A stretch of 64,000 bases of DNA from Candidatus Omnitrophota bacterium (GCA_041653115.1 JBAZGA010000001.1:3-64002); one strand, 5' to 3'; counted from the stretch's first letter, positions 55,384 through 64,000 are shown. Program-made: numbers and translations. The notes: generated from the letters alone by a model not told the origin.

Positions 55384-57633
55384 ATGAATTATGTTTTTGC
55401 CGTTTTATTAATCGGCCTAAGCGGATTAACGGCGCAGGTTTTACTTCTACGCGAATTACTGGTAAGTTTCTACGGGAATGAGTTAACCCTGGGAGTCATT
55501 CTTGCCAATTGGGTTATCGCAGAGGCGGCAGGCGCATTTCTTATCGGCAAGTTTATCGACAGGGCCAAAAATAAAATCAGCGTATTCATTTCGCTGGAAA
55601 TCCTCTTTTCTTTAGCCCTGCCTTTTTCTATTTCTTTCGCCAGAATATTTAAAAGCTTCTCGGGTATTCCCTTCGCAGAAGGCGTAGGCCTGGCGGCAAT
55701 TTTTTCTTCCTCATTTTTCGTCATCTTACCGGTGAGTTTCTGCCATGGGGCATTGTTCAGCACCGCTTGCAAGGTACATTCTTTAGCAAAAAAAGAATCT
55801 TCGTCTTCCATAGGCAGGGTTTATACTCTTGAGATAATCGGCACGATTATCGGCGGTATAATTTTTACTTATCTTTTTCTCACCCATCTGCATTCTTTCC
55901 AAATCGCCTTTATTATTGTCGCGTGTAATCTTGCCATCTGCCTGCTGTTCTTAAAAGACGTTTCGAGATTATTAAAATACGTTACCTTTTTATTGACAGG
56001 TTTCATTTTATTCTTTATTTTTACCGGCGGCGCAGACCATCTTCAATATTCGACCATAAATGAGCAATGGGAAGGCCAGCAGGTCTTGGATTACCGCAAT
56101 TCCGTTTACGGCAACATTGTTGTCGGTAAAAAAGGCCGGCAATACACTTTTTTTTATAACGGCATTCCGGCAGTCGTTACTCCTTATCCGGACAGGCAAT
56201 TTGTCCAGGAGTTCGGGAATTTTCCTCTTTTATTCCATCCTGCGCCTCAGGAAATAATGATTATAGGCGCAGGAGCAGGAGGGATAATCAATGAGGTTCT
56301 CAAGCACCCGGTGAAAAAGCTCGATTACGCCGAACTCGACCCCCTGCTGATTAGGCTGCTCAAAAAATATCCTTCGCAATTAACCCTGCAGGAATTCGGG
56401 GATAACCGGGTCAATATCATAAATCTGGATGGCAGGTTCTTTCTTAAAAACACTCCCGACCGCTACGATATAATTCTCTTAGGTTTATCTAAACCCCAGG
56501 ATTTGTCTACTAACCGCCTTTTTACTCAGGAGTTCTTTTTATTGGCTAAAGAGAGGATGAAGCAGGGGGGTATCCTTTCGCTGTCCCTGCCGGGTTCCTC
56601 GGCTTATCTTAGCCGGCAGCTAAAAGACCTTAATGCCTCTATATTGAACGCCCTTAAAAATACCTATACTTATGTGCGGGTTATACCCGGAGATTATAAT
56701 ATCTTCCTCGCCTCGGATTCCCGGAATCTGATGGAAATTGACAGCGGTTTAATCGCCCTAAGAACAGGCGAACGCCGCATCAGGGACACTATTCTTATAC
56801 CGTCTTATCTGGATTACCGCTTTAATCCAAAATGGCAGGCAGAGTTTAATCAGGCGCTGCAAGGAGCAACCAAGGCCGTCAATCAGGATTTTCAGCCGAT
56901 TGCCTTATTTGAAATCTTGTCCCTCTGGAATAAGCAGTTTTCCGGCGGGTTTAGTAATGCCTTTAGTGCCCTGAAAAGGTTGAAGCTGATAAATATTTTT
57001 ATTCTAATCGCGTTACTGGCTTTTGCCCTATATTATTATATCGCCCGGCACAAGGAAAGGGCGGTAAAATTAAGCTTAGCTTACAGTATTGCCGGGACAG
57101 GCTTTTTTAGTATGCTGACAAACCTTGTTTTAATCTTTGCTTTCCAGGTATTTTTCGGTTATTTATATTATCAAATAGGCATATTAATCAGTGTTTTTAT
57201 GGCGGGGATTGCCTTAGGAAGCATTATCATCACCCGGGGTTTAAAAAGGATAAACAGGCCGATAAATTTATTTATTAAAATAGAACTGATGATTATCATA
57301 TTTTCAGCTCTCCTGCCGTGGTTAATTGCCGGATTCGGCAGGCAAAACTCCTCCTTACTTTTTATGTTTTTATTCCTTGCCTCGGGCATCCTTACCGGCC
57401 TGGAATTTCCCTTAGCCACCCATATCTATATCCTTAAGAAATTGGATGTCGGCGAGTCTGCGGGGGGACTTTATTTTTTCGACCTTTTTGGCGGCTGGCT
57501 GGCAGGCATATTCACCGGTATCGTATTTTTACCTATCTTAGGGCTATTTAATACCTGCATGCTTGCGGTTTTACTTAAAATAAGCGGCTTTTTCCTGGTT
57601 TCCAGCCTGAAGGGAGAGAGAAAAACCCTTTGA
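55384..57633 (+). CDS. Membrane protein fused to a spermidine synthase-like (aminopropyltransferase-fold) domain
   Basis: N-terminal ~200 aa and C-terminal ~250 aa are polytopic. The central soluble domain has 'QEIMIIGAGAGGIINEVLKHPVKKLDYAELDP' and 'DIILLGLSKPQD', matching the spermine/spermidine synthase fold. Confidence 0.5.
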   Translation: MNYVFAVLLIGLSGLTAQVLLLRELLVSFYGNELTLGVILANWVIAEAAGAFLIGKFIDRAKNKISVFISLEILFSLALPFSISFARIFKSFSGIPFAEGVGLAAIFSSSFFVILPVSFCHGALFSTACKVHSLAKKESSSSIGRVYTLEIIGTIIGGIIFTYLFLTHLHSFQIAFIIVACNLAICLLFLKDVSRLLKYVTFLLTGFILFFIFTGGADHLQYSTINEQWEGQQVLDYRNSVYGNIVVGKKGRQYTFFYNGIPAVVTPYPDRQFVQEFGNFPLLFHPAPQEIMIIGAGAGGIINEVLKHPVKKLDYAELDPLLIRLLKKYPSQLTLQEFGDNRVNIINLDGRFFLKNTPDRYDIILLGLSKPQDLSTNRLFTQEFFLLAKERMKQGGILSLSLPGSSAYLSRQLKDLNASILNALKNTYTYVRVIPGDYNIFLASDSRNLMEIDSGLIALRTGERRIRDTILIPSYLDYRFNPKWQAEFNQALQGATKAVNQDFQPIALFEILSLWNKQFSGGFSNAFSALKRLKLINIFILIALLAFALYYYIARHKERAVKLSLAYSIAGTGFFSMLTNLVLIFAFQVFFGYLYYQIGILISVFMAGIALGSIIITRGLKRINRPINLFIKIELMIIIFSALLPWLIAGFGRQNSSLLFMFLFLASGILTGLEFPLATHIYILKKLDVGESAGGLYFFDLFGGWLAGIFTGIVFLPILGLFNTCMLAVLLKISGFFLVSSLKGERKTL

Positions 57634-57658
57634 CATAGTCGGTAATTTAATATATATT
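57630..57658 (+). promoter_or_regulatory. Sigma-70 consensus-like promoter (TTGACA, 17 nt spacer, TATATT) upstream of pgk
   Basis: -35 TTGACA at 57630-57635 overlaps the upstream stop codon. A 17-nt spacer precedes -10 TATATT at 57653-57658. RBS-like 'AGAGAGGAAG' lies before ATG 57688. Confidence 0.5.
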
Positions 57659-57687
57659 AAGAAGCTAAATAGAGAGGAAGTATTTTT

Positions 57688-58869
57688 ATGCATAAAATGA
57701 CCGTAAGAGACACCGACCTAAAGAACAAAACCGTAATTATGCGCGCGGACTTTAATGTGCCGCAGGACGCCAATCTCAAGATAACCGATGATACGCGGAT
57801 TAAGGCAACCTTACCGACTATAAAATACATCTTAGAGAAGGGCGCGAAAAAGCTTATCCTGATGAGCCATTTAGGCCGGCCTGACGGCAGGGTAGTGGCT
57901 AAATACAGCCTTAAGCCGGTAGCTTTGAAGCTCCAGGAGCTCCTGGGCGAGCCGGTAAGGTTCTTGAATGACTGTGTCGGCGAGAGCGTTAAACAGGAAA
58001 CCGCGGCAGCCAAAGAAAGGGTTGTGCTTTTAGAGAATTTAAGGTTCCATGCCGAAGAAGAGGCGGATGAGGCTAATTTTTCCAAAGAGCTGGCTTCCCT
58101 GGCCGACATCTATGTTAATGACGCTTTTGGGACCGCGCACCGCTCACACGCCTCTACGGCAGGCATCGCCCATAACTTAAAAGCCGTGGCCGGTTTACTT
58201 TTGGAAAAAGAAATTCAATACCTGGGTAATGCCGTTTCCAACCCTCCCAGGCCGTTTATGGTTATCCTGGGGGGCGCCAAGGTCTCGGATAAAATAGGAG
58301 TAATCGAAAACCTGCTTCCTAAATGCGATGCCATTTTAATCGGCGGCGGCATGGCTTATACGTTTTTAAAAGCGCAAGGGCTATCCATCGGAAATTCTAA
58401 ATTGGAAAAAGACAAGCTTGATTTAGCCGGGGATATTTTAGCCAAGGCGAAGAAGTTGAATAAACAAATTTTACTGCCTATAGATAACATAGTCGTGGCA
58501 AATGTTTCTGCGGACGCTCAGAGCGAGATTGTCGGAGAAAGCATCCCGGAAGGAAAAATTGCCGTGGATATCGGGCCCAAGACGGTAGCGCTATTTAAGG
58601 AAAAGTTAAAATCCGCCAAGACGATTGTCTGGAACGGTCCCTTGGGCATATTCGAAATGGATGCTTTCAGCAGGGGCACGGAAGCGATCGCCGAATTTAT
58701 TATTACGCTTTCCGCCACGACAATCATCGGCGGAGGGGATACCGCCGCGGCAGTGGCAAAATTTAAATTAGAAGATAAGATGACCCATATTTCTACCGGC
58801 GGCGGAGCAAGCCTGGAGTTTTTGGAAGGGAAAGCCTTGCCGGGCATAGCCGCACTGACAGATAAATGA
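57688..58869 (+). CDS. pgk: Phosphoglycerate kinase
   Basis: '[10 protein letters not shown]', 'LMSHLGRP', '[18 protein letters not shown]' and '[14 protein letters not shown]' are PGK signatures. Confidence 0.9.
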   Translation: MHKMTVRDTDLKNKTVIMRADFNVPQDANLKITDDTRIKATLPTIKYILEKGAKKLILMSHLGRPDGRVVAKYSLKPVALKLQELLGEPVRFLNDCVGESVKQETAAAKERVVLLENLRFHAEEEADEANFSKELASLADIYVNDAFGTAHRSHASTAGIAHNLKAVAGLLLEKEIQYLGNAVSNPPRPFMVILGGAKVSDKIGVIENLLPKCDAILIGGGMAYTFLKAQGLSIGNSKLEKDKLDLAGDILAKAKKLNKQILLPIDNIVVANVSADAQSEIVGESIPEGKIAVDIGPKTVALFKEKLKSAKTIVWNGPLGIFEMDAFSRGTEAIAEFIITLSATTIIGGGDTAAAVAKFKLEDKMTHISTGGGASLEFLEGKALPGIAALTDK

Positions 58870-58888
58870 AGGACAAAAGGAGGCAGGA

Positions 58889-59263
58889 ATGCGTCATTTG
58901 TTAACAGGCTGCTTGTTTTTATCCGCCGTACTTTATTTAACCGGATGCGCTTCAGTCGGCTCTATGCCCCACGTAATGGGCACGCAAACCGATTTATCCA
59001 AGAGTAACTATAAAGTGATTAAATCGGGAGCCCAGGGCATAGATACCGGTTTTACTCTGTTAGGTATTTTTCCCATCGTTTCCCCTTCTTACGCCAACGC
59101 TATGGCTGATTTGCACACTAAAGTGGAGATGGAGGGTAAATCTGCCGCCCTGGCAAATGTCACTCAGGATATGTCCAATATTTACCTGATTTTATTTAGT
59201 ATCCCCAAGCTGATTATTACTGCCGATGTGATAGAGTTTATACCGGAAGAAAAAAAGGAATAG
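58889..59263 (+). CDS. Putative lipoprotein, hypothetical
   Basis: Signal peptide plus lipobox 'LYLTGCAS', 124 aa. RBS 'AAGGAGG' lies upstream. Confidence 0.45.
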   Translation: MRHLLTGCLFLSAVLYLTGCASVGSMPHVMGTQTDLSKSNYKVIKSGAQGIDTGFTLLGIFPIVSPSYANAMADLHTKVEMEGKSAALANVTQDMSNIYLILFSIPKLIITADVIEFIPEEKKE

Positions 59264-59277
59264 GGCTGCCAAATAAT

Positions 59278-60051
59278 ATGCGTAAGACGATTATCGCCGG
59301 CAACTGGAAGATGTATAAGACGATTAGCGAAGCGATAGAGCTGGCTAACGGCCTGAAGAGGGAACTGTTTAATCTGGACAATCAGGTAATCGATATTGTG
59401 CTTTGCCCTGCCTTTACCGCTTTAAGCGAGGTAGGGGAAGTAATCCTTAATTCCAATATCCAGCTGGGCGCGCAGGATGTATATTGGCAGGAAGAGGGAG
59501 CGTTTACCGGAGAGGTATCCTGCAACATGCTTACGGACGCCGGCTGTAAATTCGTGATTATCGGCCACTCTGAACGCCGGCAGTATTTTGGCGAAACCAA
59601 CGATACGGTAAACAAGAAAATAAAGGCGGCCTTAAAAAGCGGACTGACGCCGATTCTTTGCGTCGGAGAAAGCTTAAGCGAGAGAGAAAAAGACCTGACC
59701 TTTAAAGTTTTAGATGATCATCTGCAAAACGGCCTGAAAGAAATAGGTGAAGAGGAAATATCAAAAATAGTCGTTGCTTATGAACCGGTCTGGGCAATCG
59801 GCACGGGAAAGACAGCCAGCGCTAAACAGGCTGAAGAAGCGCAAAAGTATATCAGGGATTTATTAACTAAGTTATATACTAAAGAGCTGGCGGATAGCGT
59901 CAGGATACAATACGGCGGCAGTGTCAAGCCGGAAAACATCGCCGAGCTGATCGAGCAACCCGATATTGATGGCGCGCTGGTAGGCGGGGCGAGTTTAAGC
60001 GCGGAATCATTCGTCAGTATTGTAAAGAAGGCGGGAGAGGCCAAAAAATGA
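59278..60051 (+). CDS. tpiA: Triosephosphate isomerase
   Basis: 'IIAGNWKMYKT', 'VIIGHSERR' and 'VAYEPVWAIGTGKTAS' are canonical TIM motifs. Confidence 0.9.
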   Translation: MRKTIIAGNWKMYKTISEAIELANGLKRELFNLDNQVIDIVLCPAFTALSEVGEVILNSNIQLGAQDVYWQEEGAFTGEVSCNMLTDAGCKFVIIGHSERRQYFGETNDTVNKKIKAALKSGLTPILCVGESLSEREKDLTFKVLDDHLQNGLKEIGEEEISKIVVAYEPVWAIGTGKTASAKQAEEAQKYIRDLLTKLYTKELADSVRIQYGGSVKPENIAELIEQPDIDGALVGGASLSAESFVSIVKKAGEAKK

Positions 60052-60371
60052 TGCTTTTCGTTATTATTATACACGTTATAATTTGCGCCCTGTTGATTAC
60101 GATTATCTTGATTCAGGCCGGCCGCGGCGGCGGCTTGGTAGAGAGCTTTTCCGGCGTGGAATCGATGTTCGGGCCAAAGACAAACGCCTTCCTTACGCGC
60201 GCAACCACTATCCTGGCGATTTTATTTTTTATTACCTGCATCAGCCTGGCATTTCTTTCTGCGCGGCAGAGCCGGTCTTTAATGCGCGATGTTAAGGGGG
60301 CGAGCGCGCCTGCGGTTCTTCCTCCTGCTGCAGAACCGCCTGCTGCGCCCGCAGTTCCCCAGACTCCATAA
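60048..60371 (+). CDS. secG: Preprotein translocase subunit SecG
   Basis: 'LITIILIQAGRGGGL...FGPKTNAFLTRATTILAILFFITCISL' is the SecG pattern. A Pro/Ala-rich C-terminal tail follows. The pgk-tpiA-secG order is a common conserved arrangement. Confidence 0.75.
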   Translation: MMLFVIIIHVIICALLITIILIQAGRGGGLVESFSGVESMFGPKTNAFLTRATTILAILFFITCISLAFLSARQSRSLMRDVKGASAPAVLPPAAEPPAAPAVPQTP

Positions 60372-61534
60372 TGCCTTCCCGTAAATTATTCTGGATTTAC
60401 GCCTTAAGCAGCGCGGTTTATTTCACGCAAGGCATCGAGGGTCTTCCTTCCCAAGGTCTATTTTATTACTTTAAAGAGACGCTTAATTTTTCCCCGGAAA
60501 AAATAATGGTAATTTCCAGCATTACCATTCTTGCCTGGCTGATTAAACCGCTAATCGGATATATCATCGATAATTTATTCAATAAAAGAGTTTGGGTTTT
60601 TCTCGCCCTGTCCCTGGATATTGCCTTGGCTTTATTTATCGGTTTGGCAAGCCTGCCGCTTTTCTTTCTGATTGCTGTCTTGCTGATTAATTCCGCGGAT
60701 GCGGCATTCCGCGATGTGGCCGTAGACGGGATTATGTGCGTCGAGGGCAAAAAGACCAAGACTACGGGCAAAATCCAGAGTGTCCAGTGGATCTCGATTT
60801 CCCTCGCCGGCATACTTACCGGGATAGGCGGAGGAGTAATTGCCGAAAAATGGGGATACCGCGCGGCATTCCTCTGTTTAATCCCGATTTATCTATCGGT
60901 GGGAATCCCCGCTTATTTCTATCGCGAAGAGAAGAGCCGGCAAAATAAACCTTCTACCAGCCTGTTCCTGGACTTAAAGAAATTATTCGGCAATAAACAA
61001 TTGCTGATTATAGGATTATTTATTTTTCTCTATAAATACTCGCCTTCTTTTGGCACGCCGCTTTTTTTCCTTCAGCGGGACGTCTTTAAATGGGGTAAGG
61101 TCTGGATCGGCGGCCTGGGGACAATCAGCACGGTTTTCGGGATTATCGGGTCTTTATTATATTACCGCTTCAGCCAGAGGATAAAGCTGAAAAAATGGCT
61201 CTTTTTCTCCGTCTTTTTGGGCGCTGTAACTACTTTAAGTTATCTTTATTACACGCCGGCTACCGCCGTGATTTATGACATACTCTATGGCTTAATGGGG
61301 ATGTTTATCTTTCTGATGGTGATGGACTTTATGGCAAGAAACTCGGTGAACGGGTTAGAGGCAACTTCCTTTGCCCTGCTTTGCAGTATCAGCAATTTAG
61401 CGCTGGTCGCCAGCAACTTATCCGGCGCCTTTCTTTTGCCGCTGGTAGGCTTAAAATGGCTGATCGTGATATCCGCGTTAACCAGCTTCCTCTGCCTGCC
61501 TTTAATTAACAAAATTAATGAGCAGCCGGCTTAG
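60371..61534 (+). CDS. MFS-type transporter (folate-biopterin transporter/BT1-like)
   Basis: About 12 TM helices. The N-terminal 'LSSAVYFTQGIEGLPSQGLFYYFKETLNFSPEKIMVISSITILAWLIKPLIGYIIDN' resembles the BT1 family. Confidence 0.4.
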   Translation: MPSRKLFWIYALSSAVYFTQGIEGLPSQGLFYYFKETLNFSPEKIMVISSITILAWLIKPLIGYIIDNLFNKRVWVFLALSLDIALALFIGLASLPLFFLIAVLLINSADAAFRDVAVDGIMCVEGKKTKTTGKIQSVQWISISLAGILTGIGGGVIAEKWGYRAAFLCLIPIYLSVGIPAYFYREEKSRQNKPSTSLFLDLKKLFGNKQLLIIGLFIFLYKYSPSFGTPLFFLQRDVFKWGKVWIGGLGTISTVFGIIGSLLYYRFSQRIKLKKWLFFSVFLGAVTTLSYLYYTPATAVIYDILYGLMGMFIFLMVMDFMARNSVNGLEATSFALLCSISNLALVASNLSGAFLLPLVGLKWLIVISALTSFLCLPLINKINEQPA

Positions 61535-61568
61535 GCTCCATAACTTAAGGCCTCACTTAAATTACTGC

Positions 61569-61597
61569 TTGAAAGCCGAGACACTTGGTAGTATAAT
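61569..61597 (+). promoter_or_regulatory. Sigma-70-like promoter (TTGAAA, 17 nt spacer, TATAAT) upstream of the MarC-family gene; predicts a leaderless mRNA
   Basis: -35 TTGAAA at 61569-61574, a 17-nt spacer, and -10 TATAAT at 61592-61597. ATG 61606 lies about 8 to 9 nt downstream of the -10 with no Shine-Dalgarno sequence. Confidence 0.45.
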
Positions 61598-61605
61598 TAA
61601 AAACT

Positions 61606-62205
61606 ATGCTAAAACTATTTGAGCCGTATATACTTACTTTTATCCCTATCTTTGTGGCAGTCGATGCTGTGGGAAATATACCCTTGTTTTTTTCCCTGGT
61701 AGAGGGCACCGGCAAAAAACAAAGGCACAAGATTATTATTGACTCGCTTACCACGGCTACCTTAGTGGCGGTTCTCTTCATGTTCATCGGCAAGTGGGTC
61801 TTAAGATTTATCGGGATTACTATCCAGGATTTTCAGATTGCCGGCGGAGCGCTTTTGTTCATTATCTCCGTGCGCCTGCTGCTGCCGGGCACGCAAAAAA
61901 TCCTTTTAGCCAATTGGCACGATAAAGACGTGGGGGTATTTCCCTTAGGCACGCCTTTAATCACCGGTCCGGCGGTATTAACTACCACCTTGATGATGCT
62001 GGATAACTTTGGCTTGGCGCCTACTTTCGTTTCTTTAATCGTGAATATGCTGATTACCTGGATGGTTTTGGCCAAGGCCGACCTGATTATCAAATTGATG
62101 GGAATTAGCGGGACGCGGGCATTTTCCAAAATTATGTATATCCTCCTGGCCGCGATAGGCGTAATGATGGTCAGGCGCGGCATGATCGGAATATTACTCA
62201 AATGA
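61606..62205 (+). CDS. MarC-family (UPF0056) integral membrane protein
   Basis: 'MLKLFEPYILTFIPIFVAVDAVGNIPLFFSL' is the typical MarC N-terminus. Six TM helices. Confidence 0.6.
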   Translation: MLKLFEPYILTFIPIFVAVDAVGNIPLFFSLVEGTGKKQRHKIIIDSLTTATLVAVLFMFIGKWVLRFIGITIQDFQIAGGALLFIISVRLLLPGTQKILLANWHDKDVGVFPLGTPLITGPAVLTTTLMMLDNFGLAPTFVSLIVNMLITWMVLAKADLIIKLMGISGTRAFSKIMYILLAAIGVMMVRRGMIGILLK

Positions 62206-63428
62206 TGAAGCGGGTCTTGACTTTTATTATGGCCGGCGGCAGGGGCGAGCGCTTATTGCCGCTGACTAAAGACCGCACTAAGCCGGCGGTACCCTTTGGA
62301 GGCATCTACCGGATTATCGATTTTACCCTGAGTAACTGCATTAATTCCGGGCTGCGCCGGATTTATGTGTTGACCCAGTATAAATCTGCCTCACTGCAGA
62401 AGCATATCCGTTTAGGCTGGAATATTCTTCCTTCCGAGTTAGGGCAGTTTATCGAATTGCTGCCGGCGCAACAGAGGATCGGAGAAAGCTGGTATTTAGG
62501 CACGGCGGACGCGATTCACCAGAATTTTTATACCGTAGAAATGGACCAGCCGGATGAGGTTTTAATTCTAGCCGGCGACCACATCTATAAGATGAATTAT
62601 TATGCGATGATTGATTTCCATCGTGAAACGGATGCAGACCTGACTGTCGGGGTAGTCGAGGTCGAAAAAAGCCGTGCCGGCCATTTAGGCGTCATAGAAG
62701 TAGATAGCATGGGCAGGGTCAAGGGTTTTGAGGAAAAACCGAAAAATCCGAAACCCCTGCCGCATACGCCGGATAAGGTATACGCTTCTATGGGGATATA
62801 CGTATTTAAGCACGACATCTTAGAGCGGGAGTTAGTCGATGACGCCAAAAAAAATAATTCTACGCATGACTTTGGCCGTGATATTATCCCCCAGATGCTC
62901 AAAAGAGGACTGAAGGTCGCGGTTTATAATTTTATCGACGAAAATAAAAAAGAAGCAAACTATTGGCGGGATATCGGCACTATCGACGCTTATTACGATG
63001 CGAATATGGACCTGGTGCAGGTTGACCCGGTATTTAACCTCTATGACAAAGACTGGCCGATCCGTACTTACCAGGAGCAGTTTCCTTCGGCAAAGACGGT
63101 TTTTGCCGGAGAAGAAATTGCCGGCAGGGTGGGGCTGGTGCTGGACTCTATAGTCTCCGGAGGCTGTATTGTAAGCGGCGGGAGGGTGCAGCGTTCCATC
63201 CTTTCTCCCAACGTCAGGATTAACAGCTATTCTCAGGTATACGATTCTATCCTGATGGAAGGGGTTAACGTCGGCAGGTACGCCAAGATAAAAAGGGCGA
63301 TTATCGACAAAGACGTGAATATCCCTCAAGGGATGGTTATCGGTTACGATTTAGAGGAGGACAAAAAAAGGTTTCATTTGAGCGAATCCGGTATTGTGGT
63401 AGTTGCCAAGGGCACAGAAATCAAGTAA
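62202..63428 (+). CDS. glgC: Glucose-1-phosphate adenylyltransferase
   Basis: 'FIMAGGRGERLLPLTKDRTKPAVPFGGIYRIIDFTLSNCINSGLRRIYVLTQYKS' is the canonical GlgC N-terminus. The C-terminal left-handed beta-helix region is present. Confidence 0.85.
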   Translation: MMKRVLTFIMAGGRGERLLPLTKDRTKPAVPFGGIYRIIDFTLSNCINSGLRRIYVLTQYKSASLQKHIRLGWNILPSELGQFIELLPAQQRIGESWYLGTADAIHQNFYTVEMDQPDEVLILAGDHIYKMNYYAMIDFHRETDADLTVGVVEVEKSRAGHLGVIEVDSMGRVKGFEEKPKNPKPLPHTPDKVYASMGIYVFKHDILERELVDDAKKNNSTHDFGRDIIPQMLKRGLKVAVYNFIDENKKEANYWRDIGTIDAYYDANMDLVQVDPVFNLYDKDWPIRTYQEQFPSAKTVFAGEEIAGRVGLVLDSIVSGGCIVSGGRVQRSILSPNVRINSYSQVYDSILMEGVNVGRYAKIKRAIIDKDVNIPQGMVIGYDLEEDKKRFHLSESGIVVVAKGTEIK

Positions 63429-63429
63429 G

Positions 63430-63891
63430 ATGGAAAGCTTAAAAATCAGAAAAGCAAAAATCCGGGATATCAAACAAATCCAGGGCCTGATTAACCTTTT
63501 TGCCAGCCAGGACCTGATGTTGCCGCGCTCCTTAAACGAATTATACGAAAGTATGCGCGACTTCTGGGTAGCCGAAGAGAATAATAAGGTCATCGGCTGC
63601 GCGGCGCTGCATATTTCCTGGGATGATTTGGCGGAAATAAAATCTCTGGCAGTAGCAAAAAATAAACAAAAAAGGGGCGTCGGCTCCCTGCTGATTAATG
63701 CCTGCCTTAAGGAAGTAGAGGAATTCGGGGCAAAACGGGTGTTTGTCCTTACTTACAAAGCGGATTTTTTTAAAAAATTCGGATTTAAACGCGTCAAAAA
63801 CTCAAGCCTCCCCCATAAAATCTGGGCAGAGTGTATCAATTGTTGTAAATTCCCCGATTGCCAAGAGATCGCCTTGTTAAAAAAATTATGA
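63430..63891 (+). CDS. GNAT-family N-acetyltransferase (short ArgA-like amino-acid N-acetyltransferase)
   Basis: 'IRKAKIRDIKQIQGLIN' and 'IKSLAVAKNKQKRGVGSLLINACLKE' are GNAT motif A. The ATG at 63430 follows the glgC stop. Confidence 0.55.
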   Translation: MESLKIRKAKIRDIKQIQGLINLFASQDLMLPRSLNELYESMRDFWVAEENNKVIGCAALHISWDDLAEIKSLAVAKNKQKRGVGSLLINACLKEVEEFGAKRVFVLTYKADFFKKFGFKRVKNSSLPHKIWAECINCCKFPDCQEIALLKKL

Positions 63892-63895
63892 AATC

Positions 63896-63910
63896 AAGAC
63901 CGGGTCTTTT
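63896..63910 (+). terminator. Weak intrinsic-terminator-like hairpin after the GNAT gene
   Basis: AAGACC-G-GGTCTT forms a 5 to 6 bp stem followed by TTTT. The stem is short and the T-tract is only 4 nt. Confidence 0.25.
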
Positions 63911-63965
63911 AAACTATTTAATTCCAGCACGTTACAAGACCTGATTTTGAATGAAGGAGGAGAGA

Positions 63966-64000
63966 TGGATTATTTACTTACCGATGAGCAGAAGATGGTT
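63966..64000 (+). CDS. 5' end of a gene (possibly acyl-CoA dehydrogenase-like); continues beyond the window
   Basis: A strong SD 'GAAGGAGGAG' lies 6 nt upstream of an ATG, and the translation begins 'MDYLLTDEQKMV', an N-terminal pattern common in acyl-CoA dehydrogenases. Only 12 codons are visible. Confidence 0.2.

Noticed and set aside
783-60948. Short same-strand alternative-frame ORFs (783-1040, 11875-12063, 13490-13723, 15657-15839, 17781-18104, 36570-36857, 56060-56257, 60083-60295, 60736-60948)
   Set aside because: They are nested inside larger genes in another frame, have low-complexity or Arg-rich translations typical of out-of-frame reading of coding DNA, and show no independent signals.
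61534-61568. GC-rich palindromic segment 'GCCGGCTTAGGCTCC...TAAGGCC' after the MFS gene as a possible terminator
   Set aside because: There is no contiguous stem of adequate length followed by a T-tract. The region is better explained as the upstream part of the TTGAAA/TATAAT promoter region.
994-63593. All minus-strand ORFs in the six-frame track, for example 994-1179, 2345-2542, 13352-13717, 20592-20954, 57657-58109 and 62832-63329
   Set aside because: Every one is short (≤165 aa) and lies fully inside a well-supported + strand gene with recognisable domains. None has a recognisable motif or its own RBS or promoter. They are interpreted as antisense frame noise.
1-64000. Search for CRISPR arrays, tRNA/rRNA genes, IS elements, integrases and att-like direct repeats at cassette boundaries
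   Set aside because: No spaced direct repeats, no cloverleaf-compatible intergenic segments (intergenic gaps are ≤75 nt), and no transposase or integrase motifs such as DDE or the R-H-R-Y tetrad were recognised in any frame. Compositional mosaicism therefore lacks a visible mobility signature in this window.

Overview
The window is almost entirely one co-directional, tightly packed glycan biosynthesis and export locus on the + strand (about 51 genes from position 1 to 57.6 kb). Many genes overlap by 4 to 30 nt, often as ATGA, and several use TTG or GTG starts. It ends in a housekeeping block: pgk, a lipoprotein, tpiA, secG, a transporter, a MarC-family protein, glgC and a GNAT. The organism is not identifiable from sequence; it is AT-rich overall with compositional mosaicism. 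No rRNA, tRNA, CRISPR array, transposase or integrase was recognised.

The core is a complete CMP-pseudaminic-acid-type nonulosonic acid pathway. It contains PseB, PseC, PseG, PseI, a PseF-like cytidylyltransferase fused to a class III aminotransferase, and an AsnB/PseA-like amidotransferase. A second NeuB(SAF-less)/NeuC/NeuA module, Wzx and MsbA-like ABC exporters, at least eight glycosyltransferases and an unusually dense set of tailoring enzymes surround it. The tailoring enzymes comprise about eight class I SAM methyltransferases, one B12-binding radical SAM, three SPASM radical SAMs, an SGNH hydrolase, a PIG-L deacetylase, a WbqC-like protein and an aldo/keto reductase.

The most unusual element is a clear homolog of CmoA, the carboxy-S-adenosyl-methionine (Cx-SAM) synthase, at about 39.8 to 40.5 kb. 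It is directly followed by a divergent methyltransferase-fold gene and two SPASM radical SAM genes, all inside this glycan operon. This suggests a Cx-SAM-dependent carboxymethylation of a sugar or glycan that has not been described; the claim rests on motif-level reading of the translations and needs a database search to confirm. Three large uncharacterised GT-B-like proteins that share a C-terminal motif are candidate nonulosonic acid transferases.

All homology calls come from motif recognition in the supplied translations. No database search was run.
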